64,000 nucleotides of DNA from positions 68,138,001 to 68,202,000 of the forward strand of contig NC_043003.1 of assembly GCF_006345805.1 (NCBI RefSeq). The letters are read 5' to 3'. The notes beneath the pieces are model-generated. The model did no database searches and was not told the origin of the DNA. It saw only the letters and a list, made by a program, of their open reading frames with translations. A program made the position numbers and the translations under genes. This DNA is from Octopus sinensis. Its lineage: Eukaryota. Of the stretch, positions 36,576 to 49,100 are shown piece after piece. How positions within the stretch are numbered: position 1 is the stretch's first letter; each line of letters starts with the position of its first letter.

Positions 36576-37095
36576 CATGTGATCGCTGTACAGCTTATGC
36601 ACTGTCGTTCTTTTTCGGCTGACCGTCTTTGAGGTCAGTGGGATCTGTTCTAATCAGTCTCGCCACCCGGCCAGTAAGATTTTCCTTTTCCGTTTTCCTT
36701 GCGCTAGTTTACTGATAGTCGACACACTCTGTTTCTTTTGTTTTATGTCTGTCGTTTGGCCGAAAGGCTTTTCTTCACTGTATATGTATAATTCTATTTC
36801 CGATGTTACGTTCGTCCGATAGTCGAAAGACCCTTTCTGCTTATTTCCCTTTGTTTGTATATGTACATTCGTTTACCTTGCTCAGGGGCTTAATACCTTC
36901 AGCTTAAGTCTTTGACCCAACTGGTTTCGAGTAGTATCGCAGAGAACTAGACGAACCTACGTGGACATATCGGACACCGACTGAAGAAGTAATTGGCTGC
37001 GAATGATACGTGTATCATGTTTTGTCCTGTTTGCCGTTGTTGTGTTATCGTCCTACTTGTTATGATTTCAGAATTGCCGTTTGTAGTGTTTTTAC

Positions 37096-37135
<40 letters not shown>

Positions 37136-37206
37136 TATGTATACATGCACAAGTTTTCTTTTGTGACAAACAGACAGATAGACAGACAGACAGACAGACA
37201 TATAGG

Positions 37207-37268
<62 letters not shown>

Positions 37269-37297
37269 TACAAATAGATAGATAGATAGATAGATAT

Positions 37298-37342
<45 letters not shown>

Positions 37343-38306
37343 CGCATTTAGGTCATTTTGAGGAGGTAGTATGGTATGCTCTAAAAATGGATTAATAACT
37401 TCTCATTCCAGCATCCTAAGAGAAAAGAAGCATGGTCAAAACAAAATCTTGATAAGCTCAGCATCCCCTAAAGCAAGGTTCATGTTGAGTGAACACAGCT
37501 GGTAAAATCAAAGTTCAAGGAGTTTCTGAGGCAGCCAGTTGAGCCTCTTTTCCAAACTAGAGTAGGACACCATACTTTTTTCGAAGAGCTCTTGAAATTT
37601 CAACAAGTGAAATAGTTTAAATGTGATGACATGGTGGAGATGAAATGTTACGAACAGGATATGCAAGACGATGACTTTCCGATCTTTTAGGAAGAGAAAA
37701 TAATAATAAGATCAAGTGGTTCAGGAGAACCCCATAACTATGCATTGAAAGAAAAATATGTTTGGAATTTTCCAGAAGATTGAAAAAGATCTATCTAAAG
37801 AATGAGTATATAGATACGGTAGTAAAGACAGATTGAATTGCTGCAACGCTTGGCTACTTAACTCGTAAGACAAAACAAAATAAGTATTGGAGATTTGCTG
37901 TATGTTGATAATTGCAATCACCGTCGGGTCTGTAGTATACAATTTAATAGAGGAGGGTCTTTGAAATAGCACGTTCACAACAAAATCAACGATTTATGTT
38001 TGATTATTAACGCAACTTCCGAATAAATATCGTCAAACTTGCGCAGGCTAGAGAAACGTATTTTAAATGGTTGCACTTTACTGAGTAAAATCATGAGACC
38101 AAGCCTGGAGTGCGACAGCCACGACAAGACAATTTATCAGTCCTGATGGCTTTCTGGAACAATGTCATCAATTTCTTGTGACAAGAAGATACTTCTGCCA
38201 TTTGGGAAACTCCTTTTCTTCCACACCGAAATCTCATCTCTTGAAGGACGGAAGGCAAACTCAACATCAGCGGCATTTGAAATACTACTACTACTATTAC
38301 TACTAC

Positions 38307-38354
<48 letters not shown>

Positions 38355-38357
38355 TAT

Positions 38358-39718
38358 ATGATGAAAACTCTCACCTCACTGAATATGATGAAAAGTGTCG
38401 GCTGTTCACAACCAGCAGCCTAAGGTGACATTTGTTTACTGGTCATGATTCAAGAATCCAGCGAAGTATTCTTGCAGTTTCAAGTAATGATGGGTCTTGT
38501 GAGTATTCTACCATTACATTTCTACCAATCTGTCTGAGAGATGTTGGTAGTTGAGTGCTGACACTTCTAAGTGTCCTAATTATTCTATTCTCCTCATTAA
38601 CCATAACCTTCGTATTTCCCACTTCAAATCATCGTAGTTGTTCAGTTTTACTTCTTTCTCTCTGATCCTGTTGTTATGGAGACATGCTATGTTGATTATC
38701 ATGCATGGTCTTCCTTTTTTCTTCACCTCAACAATGTTCGCTCTCCTACGTCTGACTAGGTGATCACACTGAATCCTTGCATTCCACAGGATTTTGCAAT
38801 TTTCGTTCTCGGCGACTCCTTCTGGGATGTGTTCATACCTCGTATTTGCTCTTTGTAGACCGTGATTTCTACAGAGCTCCCAATGGATCATTCTTGTCAC
38901 AATATCATATGGACTTTTGTAATTGCGCTGTGCCCATTTAGGGCATTCGCTAACGATTTGCCATACCTTTTCACCCATTTCACCACATATTCTGCATTTG
39001 TCGCTGTTAGTAGTGTTGCCGATTCTATATTTTACATAAGTTAGTCATTAACGCTTGTTCTTGAGCTGAGCATATAAGTGCTTTTGTGTCTATCTTCAGG
39101 CCGCTCCTCTTCATACATAACCACAGTTCTTTTGTATCTGTCTTGGTATTCGTATCTCTTGCAGACTGACCATACATTATTTTCTCCTTTGAATACTGCT
39201 TCCTTTTTTGTGTTCTTTTCCTCTTTAAGTTTTTCGTCCTTAACATAATCATAAATTTTGATGATGCTAGACTTCTTGACATGTTTCAACAATAGTTCCA
39301 CTGGATATTTTACATACCACCCTAAGCTCTTTTCTTCTGCTTCGATACAATCGAGGCAACTGACCGAACCTCTCGCACTACTTTCTTTTGGACAAGTACA
39401 GCCTATCATGACTCTTAGGTTGGAAGGTTCCGTGCTCTGTCAAAATTTGTCTTGTCTTTGTATCCATGTACATGCCATGTACATGTTACCAGCTCCATAC
39501 CAAAGTGATGTAATCACCTATCTATTAACTGCTTGCATGTTATTGCATTCAGTCAATTTGGAACGCAACATCAATCGTAGACTTCGGGAACATGCCAGCT
39601 TTAGTTGTCCTTTCATTTCCTAATCCATTATCTCGTTGAACTCTAGTCTGCCAAAGTATTTCTAACCTCCATTTTCAATTTGTATAATCAGTCAAAGTAT
39701 TTGTAGCCTTCTTTTTCA
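38358..39718 (-). mobile_element. R4/Dong-like LINE family B, 5'-truncated and decayed
   Basis: IVSECPKWAQ, MIHWELC, ENENCKILWN, RRRANIVEV; (AAT)n follows the 3' end at 38285-38357. Confidence 0.85.
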
Positions 39719-39741
39719 ATTTGTTTTATTGTTGTTATTAT

Positions 39742-41278
39742 TAGCGTGCTTTCACTTCACTACCGAGTGCAGCTCTCTCTACCTTGGGTATGTGCTGTGG
39801 TTTGTTGTGATGCTCTTATGGTTACTGTATTGAAAGTGTTTTGAATAGGATGTGTGCAGTGCCAAGTAATGCAATTTTCTGTATCTTATATATATTTGTA
39901 ATTCCTGGCTGTTTTGTTATGTTTTTGTCTGGATATTTTTTATCATACCTAATACGCCTACTATGACAGGAATTGTTTCTGTTTTTAGATTCCACATTCG
40001 AGTTACCTCTATTTCCAGGTCTTTATATTTTGAAAGTTTTTCCATTTCTTTTAGAGAAAGTTGTCATCTGCTGGTATTGATACATCAATTAGAAAGCATT
40101 TTGTCATGATCTCTGACAACTATATCTGGCGCATTAGCCTTAATTTCTCTCTCTTTGTGTATTGGCATATCCCAGAGTATAGTTGCTTTCTCGTTTTCTG
40201 TGACCTTTTCTGGCGTGTGTCCAAACCATCTTTTTTCTGTTATCATTCCATAGTGTTGGTATAGCTTCCAGTGAATGTAGGTCCCAACACTGTCGTGTCT
40301 GTGAATATATTCCTTCGGGGCCAGAACTGGGCAGCCAGAGATAATATGATTTATTGTTATTATTATATTATGAAAACTCTCACCTTGCTGAATATGATGA
40401 AAAGTGTCGGCTGTTCACAACCAGCAGCCTAAGGTGACACTTGTTTACTGGTCATGATTCAAGAATCCAGCGAAGTATTCTTTCGTCCTTAACGTAATCA
40501 TAAATTTTGATGATGCTAGACTTCTTGACATGTTTCAACAATAGTTCCACTGTATTTTTTACATACCACCCTAAGCTCTTTTCTTCTGCTTCGATACAAT
40601 CGAGGCAACTGATCGAACCTCTCGCATTACTTTCTTCTGGACAAGTACAGCCTATCATGACTCTTAGGTTGGAAGGCTCCGTGCTCTGTCAAAATTTGTC
40701 TTGTCTTTGTCCATCTCCACATATTCTGCAATTACTTGTTATGTTTCTTTTCCTTATATGTTTTTGGAAATTTCCAGTAGGGAGGCTTTGGTTTTGTGCT
40801 GCAATTAAAAACCCTTCAGTCTCTACTTTGAGTCCTGGGCATCTCAACCATTGCTGGGACTTTTCTCTGTCTATTTCTTTGCATTTAGTTTGGCCCAGTA
40901 TTTGCCAAGAAGGGGCTTTTCTTGCCTTCGTCTTATCATGGTCCGTTGCTGTTCTAGTTTTAGTTTGAATTTCATTTGTCTCATAGCTTTTGTTGATTAT
41001 TCTTCTTCTTCTTCTTCTTCTTCTTCTTCTTCTTCTTCTTCTTCTTCTTCTTCTTCTTCTTCTTCTTCTTCTTCTTCATCATATTTGTTAGGTGGTATGA
41101 TTTCTTGTTTGCATTTGCCAGCTTCCTTAAATACTGATAACAGTATTTTGTTTTGCTCGTGTTTTGTGTCTATTTGTATTACTTTTCCTTGCTTCTGAAG
41201 TAGGTATGTTTGCAGTCATATGGTGGTTATTTTATAATAGTTTTCCAGCTATATAAGGCCTCTACCATCTTCTATACA
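39742..41278 (-). mobile_element. R4/Dong-like LINE family A with internal deletion and a nested family-B piece (40358-40710)
   Basis: Collinear with 43348-44520 apart from the insertion and a (GAA)n expansion at 41001-41077. Confidence 0.85.
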
Positions 41279-41299
41279 TTATTATTATCATTACTTATT

Positions 41300-41339
<40 letters not shown>

Positions 41340-41363
41340 ACATCATCATCATCATCATCTTCA

Positions 41364-41428
<65 letters not shown>

Positions 41429-41489
41429 ATTATTATCATTATTAGTCAAGACGAAGAGCGCGATTCGATTGCAATATATATTTTATAGG

Positions 41490-41532
41490 TTGAACGATAT
41501 TTCGACGGTAAGTCTATCTTTGTCAAGTTCAA
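41490..41532 (-). ncRNA. Hammerhead motif, U3:A8 variant (inverted terminal repeat)
   Basis: TTGAAC TTGACAA AGATA GAC TTACC GTC GAAA T ATC GTTCAA; stem I is a perfect 6 bp. Confidence 0.6.
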
Positions 41533-43044
41533 AATAAGATGTATTCAAAATTATAGAAATTTAGATTTAATATATGAACGAGAGTAACCTGCGTCATCAG
41601 TCTTTATGTTTCAAAGACAGTAAAAAGGAAATACAATGAAGTTTAGGCAAAGAATTTACCACCAGACGAAGGGTTACGCCTTGGGTACCGCCATGGCTGT
41701 TAATTTCGCTAATGTCCTCATGAAGATGTTCGGGACACAATTACTGAAGACATTCATGGTCATGAACCATAATCATACTCTGGTTCGTTACGGTTCATTC
41801 GTGACGTCTTTTTTGTCTGGCAAGGATCCTAGGATAGTTTAATGACTTCTTTTCTTGCACTTCTGTGACTTTATGGCTTTATGTGCAGCATAAAACTTAC
41901 GTCTAGTTTTTCAAAAACTAGCGTTGAATTTTTCGACACAAAAGTTAAGTTTTCTGGAGGCAGAATACTGACAAAGTTATTTTGCAAGGCCACTTAATCC
42001 GACATGTATCTCCACCACCACTCCGGTCATCCACATCGTATTATTTGGTCAATTCCGAAATCCCAGTTTTTGAGGTTAAAACGGATTTGTACTGACATAG
42101 GGGATTACTGGAAACAGGGAAATGCTTTTGTACATCATGTCAACCACGGTTACAGTGAATCACTATTAAAGGAAGTAGCAAATGAAATAGCTAAGATTAA
42201 CAACGATAACTGGCACCGAAATTTCGCTGACATTTCAAACGTGTTGCATGAAATGTACCAGCATGTAGCGAAAAAATATCCTTGTTTCAAACAGTTATTT
42301 CCTTAGCCACCTATTGTAGCCTTTAGACAGAATAAGAATATAAGAGAATTTTTGACCTCTATTTCTAACTCCAAGAACACGAACGTTGGAGTATCTGCAC
42401 TATGTACCTTGAAAAACAGATGCAAGATTTGTAAGCCCTGTTCGTTGTGCAGCAACACGAGTCAAATGAATTCCATCAGGAATCATAAAAGTAATGTTAT
42501 GATTTGTACAGAACGTGGAACATGTAGAGATTCCCATTTGGTGCACGCTGTACAATGCACGGAACATAACTCGATTTCCGTTGGTTGTACAACTTAACAA
42601 TTAAAAAAAAGTATTAATGGGCACAGATTCGATGTCAGATACAATAACAGTAATTCGACAGAACTTTGCGAATATTTCGCTTCAAGCAGCTGCAATTTTG
42701 AAGAAGACTTGAAAGTGCGTATTCTAAGAAACTATTCTGAATCTACTTCACTTTCACATCTCAGAATGCATGAGGAGAAATATGTTTGCGTGTTATTAAC
42801 ATTAGGACCTGGAGGAATGAGTAAAATGACAGAATATCATCAAATTTATATAAAACTGTTTGATTAAATATTCTTTTTTCCCCTTTTCTTTTCTGTGTCT
42901 TTTTTCTGTCTTTTTCTTTTCGCCTATTATAAATTGAAACTTAAAGACTGTTGATGTCATTCCATCAATATGTGGATGCTGGTTTCTCTCGTTCATACTT
43001 TAAATTTAAATTTCTATAATTCTGAATATTTATCACTTCTTATT

Positions 43045-43083
43045 TTGAATTTGACAAAGGCTTACTGTCGAAATGTCGTTCAA
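43045..43083 (+). ncRNA. Hammerhead motif, U3:A8 variant (3' terminal repeat)
   Basis: TTGAAT TTGACAA A GGC TTACT GTC GAAA T GTC GTTCAA; GUC cleavage triplet. Confidence 0.62.
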
Positions 43084-43166
43084 CTAATAAATCATTATTA
43101 CAATTGAATCGCACTCTTCGCTTTTGCTATTTACCTTTGTGAAGAATTACGTCAAACCTTTAAAAA

Positions 43167-43260
<94 letters not shown>

Positions 43261-43292
43261 TTTTATTATTATTATTATTATCATTATTATTA

Positions 43293-43347
<55 letters not shown>

Positions 43348-43350
<3 letters not shown>

Positions 43351-44590
43351 TAGTTTTATTTTTATAGCGTGCTTTCACTTCACTACCGAGCGCAGCTCTG
43401 TGTGCCTTGGGTATGTGCTGTGATTTGTTGTGATGCTCTGATGGTTATTGTATGGAAAGTGTTCTGCGTAGGATGTGTGCAGTGCCTAGTAGTGCAATTT
43501 TCTGTATGTTATATGTGTTTGTAAGTCCTGGCGTTTTTGTTATGTATTTGTCTGAATATTTTTTTATCATGCCTAATGCGCCTACTATGATAGGAATTGT
43601 TTCTGTTTTTAGATTCCACATTCGAGTTACCTCTATTTCCAGGTCTTTGTATTTTGAGAGTTTCTCCATTTCTTTTAGAGACACGTTGTCATCAGCCGGT
43701 ATTGATACATCAATTAGAAAGCATTTTTTTTTCTTCATGATCTCTGACAACTATATCTGGTCTGTTGGCCTTAATTTCTCTATCAGTGTGAATCGGCATA
43801 TCCCAGAGTATGGTTGTTTTCTCGTTTTCTGTGACCTTTTCTGGTGTGTGCCTATACCATCTTTTTTCTGTTGTTATTCCATAATGTTGACATAGCTTCC
43901 AATGTATGTAGGTTCCAACTCTGTCATGTCTGTGAATATATTCCTTCTTAGCCAGGACTGGGCAGCTAGAGATAATATGATTTATTGTTTCTTGTCCATC
44001 TCCACATATTCTGCAGTTACTTGTAATATTTCTTTTCATTACATGTTTTTGGTAATTTCTGGTGGGGAGGCTTTGGTCTTGTGCTGCAATTAAAAATCCC
44101 TCTGTTTCTGCTTTGAGTCCTGAGCTTCTCAACCATTGCTGGGATTTTTCTTTGTCTATTTCTTTTGCGTTTAGTTTAGTGCAGTATTTACCATGAAGGG
44201 GCTTTTCTTGCCATCGTTTTATCATGGCTCGTTGCTGTTCTATTTTTAGTTTGGATTTCATTTGTTTTATAGCTTTTGTTGTTTCTTCATCATCTTCTTC
44301 TTCTTCTTCTTTGTGTTTAATAGGTGGTATGATTTCTTGTTTGTATTTGTCAGCTTCCTTAAATACTGAGAACAGTTTTTGGTTTTGCTCGTGTTTTGCT
44401 ACTATCTGGATCAGTTTTCCTTCCTTCTGAAGTAGGTATTTTTGCAGTCCTATGGTGGTTATTTTATAGTAGTTTTCCAGCTGTATAAGGCCTCTACCAC
44501 CTTCTATACGTTGTATATATAGTCTTTCTATGTCAGATTTTGGGTGATGCATCCTAGATCCTGTCAGTATTTTTCTTGTTTTCCTATCTA
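43348..44590 (-). mobile_element. R4/Dong-like LINE family A, young 5'-truncated copy
   Basis: ORFs 43710-44552 and 43445-43750 give HPKSDIERLY, AQDQSL, CRICGDGQETINHIISSC, RHD, RPDIVV and LIDVSIP...EKLSKYKDL. One frameshift lies in a poly-A run. (AAT)n on both sides. Confidence 0.93.
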
Positions 44591-44667
44591 TTATTATTAT
44601 TAATATTATTATTATTAATATTATTATTATTATTATTATTATTATGATTATTATTATTATTATTATG

Positions 44668-44755
<88 letters not shown>

Positions 44756-44756
<1 letters not shown>

Positions 44757-45986
44757 TTTTTTTTTCTTCTTTCAAATTTTCTTCCATATCTTGCCGAGTG
44801 TCTTCCCGACACCTAGGGCAAAGAAACTCATAGTGTATATTGGTAGGCCATTAAACCAAACTCAGTAGTTCGTTCATTTTTTTTTTTTTTTAAGTTAAAT
44901 TAAAATACATGAGCAGCAACAGTTCTCACATCGACAATGCTCTTCTCAATACGTGTGATGTACCAGTTAAGACAATCTTTTGCACTTCTTGCAGGGATGG
45001 TAAGCCAGGGATCATTCTCATATAATTTTCGGTTCCCTTCTTGATCATTCCTAGTGCTCCTACGATCACTGGTATTGTAACCGCCTTGAGATGCCACATT
45101 TTCTCAATTTCAATGAGTAGGTCTTTATATTTTCTGAGCTTGTCAAACTCTTTCGCTGAGATATTATGATCACAGGGGATGCTCATGTCGATCAATAAGC
45201 AAACTTTATTGTTTTGGTCTTTCACAACAATATCTGGTTTATTGGCCTTGATGGTTCGGTCTGTATGTACTGGAAAGTCCCACAGAATGGTTACATTTTC
45301 TCCTTCAGTTACAGCCTCAGGGTGGTGATTATACCACTTGTCGGCAGTTTTGATATTGTAATGCCGACTTATTAGCCAGTGGAGATATTGGCCAACTCTG
45401 TCATGTCTTAATTTATATTCCACTGGTGCTAAGACTTTACATCCAGAGATTAGGTGGTCCACTGTTTCAATCATGTCGTTGCAGAATCGGCATTTTGGGT
45501 CTGCTCCATTTTGCATCACATTGGCCTGGTAGTTCCGGGTTAATAGGCTTTGGTCTTGAGCAGCCAGGATAAAACCTTCGCTCTCTGCTTTTAGCCCTGA
45601 GCTTCGCAGCCACTGATGGGTTTGCTTCTGGTCAACATCAGCTTGTTTGCTGCGGGTCACATATTTGCCGTGCAGAGGTTTCTCCTCCCACCTATCAGCC
45701 AATTGCTCGTGCGCTTTTTTCATTGCCATCATTTTCACCTTCTTTGCAACAATAGTTGTCGTACTTCCCTCGGGTTGTTCAGTTTGGGTATCCTGCACGA
45801 GATCAATAGCAAATTTTTTGCTTTCCTTGATGATAGAATGAAGCTTCTTTCGTCTCTCGTGATTTTCTACGAGCTTTAGCATCCAGTCATTCGATATTTC
45901 GAGATATTTGGCCAGTCCAATTGTGGTTGTTTTGTAATTTGGCCAGTCCAATTGTGGTTGTTTTGTATTATTATTGTGGTTGTTTT

Positions 45987-45990
<4 letters not shown>
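44756..45990 (-). mobile_element. R4/Dong-like LINE family C, young 5'-truncated copy with open frame to the stop
   Basis: ORF to 44926 with CRFCNDMIETVDHLISGC, RHD, KPDIVV, LIDMSIP and KEFDKLRKYKDL; (AAT)n on both sides. Confidence 0.93.
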
Positions 45991-46049
<59 letters not shown>

Positions 46050-46080
46050 TATTATTACTATTATTATTATTATTATTATT

Positions 46081-46440
46081 ATATAGCAGCATCAATAGTT
46101 GTTATTCCATAATGTTGGCATAGCTTCCAGTGAATGTAGGTTCCAACTGTCATGTCTGTGAATATATTCCTTCTTAGCCAGGACTGGGCAGCCAGAGATA
46201 TTATTATTATTATTGTTATTATTATTATTATTATTATTATATTATTATATTATTATATTATTATTATTATATTATTATTATTATTATATTATTATTACTA
46301 TTATTATTATTATATTATTATATAGCAGCATCAATAGTTGTTATTCCATAATGTTGGCATAGCTTCCAGTGAATGTAGGTTCCAACTGTCATGTCTGTGA
46401 ATATATTCCTTCTTAGCCAGGACTGGGCAGCCAGAGATAT
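46081..46440 (-). repeat. Duplicated 120-bp family-A fragments, period 239 bp, in (ATT)n
   Basis: ATATAGCAGCATC...GCCAGAGATATT at 46081 and 46320. Confidence 0.85.
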
Positions 46441-46459
46441 TATTATTATTATTGTTATT

Positions 46460-46515
<56 letters not shown>

Positions 46516-46539
46516 TATCATTATTATTATTATTATTAA

Positions 46540-46858
46540 TTGAGGGTGGAGAGAGAAGTGTTGCCTTTTAGCGAGTGTGTTGAAAGGTGGGTGAATGTTG
46601 GAAGAATGGCCAGTGTCAAAGGACCTATTCTGCACCTGTAAAGAAAATGAGAAAGGCTCTTGCTCTGTTGTTTAGGCACCCGTGGCTTTTGTGGGTATTT
46701 CCACGAGGACCGTAAAGCGCCCCGCCTATTGGGAGTTTAATTTGTTCAATTTTTATCGTTATTACATTTTATCGTCTTGTTTTTGTCTTTAATGTTGTTA
46801 TACGTCATTTAATGTTTTGTATGTGAGCTTTTGTGGACAAGAAAAGAATAAATAAAAA
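46540..46858 (+). mobile_element. Tx1/L1-clade LINE extreme 3' end (third copy)
   Basis: LRVEREVLPFSECVERWVNVGRMASVKGPILHL* (46540-46641) matches LRVEREVLSCEFLKKRWVTVARMA. The UTR ends GAGCTTTTGTGGACAAGAAAAGAATAAA. Confidence 0.8.
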
Positions 46859-46860
46859 TG

Positions 46861-47099
46861 GGCGTTTCCGAAGGTGAAGTATCCAATTCACAAAAAATTC
46901 CTCTAACATATCGTCAGCCACTAAGGGACATGCTCAACTGGTTAAGTTCATGCAACTCACAAGGAAATATGTGTTATTGAGCAGAATATTTGTGGTAGCC
47001 CATCTTTTGTACCAAGATAAAACAATGTCCATGATAACACTTCCAATCAGTTAGGATCAGAAGCGGTTAGAGTCACTGCCTGTTACTGCAACAGGGCAT
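46861..47099 (-). mobile_element. 545-bp element, 5' part with internal deletion
   Basis: Reverse complement of 3508-3700 joined to a piece matching about 3750-3795. Confidence 0.75.
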
Positions 47100-47150
47100 T
47101 CGATATAATCCCGGCATTCAATATTACTATCATTATCATTATTATTATTA

Positions 47151-47209
<59 letters not shown>

Positions 47210-47212
<3 letters not shown>

Positions 47213-47850
47213 TAGTTTTATTTTTATAACGTGTTTTCACTTCACTACCGAGTGCAGCTATGTGTGCCTCGGGTATGTGCTGTAGTTTGGCTTGATGATC
47301 TTATGGTTACTAACGTTGTCATTTGTTAGTATTGATTCAGCAATTAGATAGCAATTTTTTTCTTTATGATCTCTGACAACTATTGGCATTAATTTCTCTA
47401 TCTGTGTGTATTACCATATCCCAGAGTATGGTTGCTTTCTCATTTTCTGCGATCTTTTCTGGCGTGTGTCTATACCATCTTTTTTCTGTTGTTATTCCAT
47501 ATTGTTAGCATAGCTTCCAGTCCCAACTCTGTCGTGTCTGTGAACATATTACTTCTCAACCACGACTGGGTAGCCAGAGATAATATGATTTATTGTTTCT
47601 TATCCATCTCCACATATTCTGCAGTTACTTGTTATGTTTCTTTCGTTATATGTTATTGGTAATTTCTGGTGGCGTGACTTTGGTCTTGTGCTGCAATTAA
47701 AAATCCTTCAGTCTGTGATTTGAGTCCTGAGTTTCTCAGCCACATTTGGGATTTTGGTTTGCCTATTTCTTTTGCGTTTTGTTTAGCCCAGTATTGGCCA
47801 TGAAGAGGCTTTTCTTGTCATCGTTTTATCATGTTCCTTTGCTGTTCTAG
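47210..47850 (-). mobile_element. R4/Dong-like family-A-related copy, older, with internal deletion
   Basis: Same 3' UTR end (CAGTAGTTTTATTTTTATA) next to (ATT)n; zinc-knuckle and RLE region collinear with 43700-44240. Confidence 0.8.
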
Positions 47851-48129
47851 TTTTAGCTAGAACAGGAAGTCTTGAGGCGAGTGAAGGATAAGATATATTA
47901 CAGTATGTCTGAAAGTTTAGGGAGGGGAGGGAATGTATGAAAGGGCAATAGCGGAATATTCTCATGTGATACAACACAGATATTTAAATTAACAAGGTTT
48001 TTCTAAAGATGTGTGGAATACTTCTCAGCACGTTCCTTTCGATTTCTTTGAGGCATGGTTCTTCTGAGATGTTTTCTAGATGTTTGTGACATCTCTTTGT
48101 TATCATATCTAAGGTACCTATAAAACAGG

Positions 48130-48660
48130 AACAGCTCTTGCTTTAAGAACCTTTGTATATCTTTAGATATACTTTTGTATAATTTTTGTACATCTTTTAT
48201 ATTTCGATTTCCAGGTCCTTACATTTACTCAATTTGCCAAAATTCCTTTAGAAATATATTCTTATCAGTGGGAACACTTACATCAACTAGTCTACAAGAA
48301 TGTTCTTCCCTGTCTTTAATAATTATGTCTGATTGATTATCAGGGATCGTTCTGTCGGTGTTGACTTGAAAATCTCAGAGGATAGTAACAGTTTTACCTT
48401 CAACAACTAGCTCAAGGGGATGTTCATACCAATCAGCAGAATCACCGATTTTGTAATGTTTACATATTTCCTAATCTAAATAATGTCCTACCCAATCGTG
48501 GCGATTTTTATATTCGTTTGCTGTCAGCATAAGATATCCCGAAACGAGATGGTCTATTGTTTCGTCAACTTTATTGCAGACTCTCCATTTAGAGTCCAAA
48601 CAGTTTTGAAGAATGTTAGTCTGGTAGGTTCTGGAAAGCAAGCTTTGATCTTGTGCCACC
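48130..48660 (-). mobile_element. R4/Dong-like relic
   Basis: VAQDQSLL...KWRVCNKVDETIDHLVSGY...NRHDWVGHYL. Confidence 0.7.
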
Positions 48661-48700
48661 AATTCTTCTTCTTTTTCTTGTTCTTCTTGTTCTTCTTGTT

Positions 48701-48731
<31 letters not shown>

Positions 48732-48740
48732 TTATTATTA

Positions 48741-48779
<39 letters not shown>

Positions 48780-48790
48780 CATCATCATCA

Positions 48791-48934
<144 letters not shown>

Positions 48935-48939
48935 CTTTC

Positions 48940-49100
48940 TATTACAGGCACAAGATCTGAAATTTGGCGGGGAGGAGAATAGTCGATTACAACGAACCTA
49001 GTACGTGATCCCAAAATTTGAAAGCAAAGTCGATTTCAGGGAAGTTTGAACTTATCTCATGGACATGGACGAAATACCGCCTTGCTCTCGATTCTGCCAG
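48940..49100 (-). mobile_element. SINE family M relic
   Basis: AAAGCAAAGTCGATTTCAGGGAAGTTTGAAC is the reverse complement of the B-box and core. Confidence 0.5.

Larger units (their letters stand above)
41444..43127 (+). mobile_element. Penelope-like element with inverted 5' copy of the terminal repeat
   Basis: QTKGYALGTAMAVNFANVLM (RT), YLHHHSGHP...IPKSQFLRLKRIC and GTCRDSHLVHAVQCTEHN (GIY-YIG). 41444-41612 is the reverse complement of about 42934-43127. Confidence 0.88.

Noticed and set aside
46540-46620. A second AAT-tailed element ending CTCTCTCCACCCTC on the minus strand
   Set aside because: The plus strand translates as a Tx1 ORF2 C-terminus, which explains it better.
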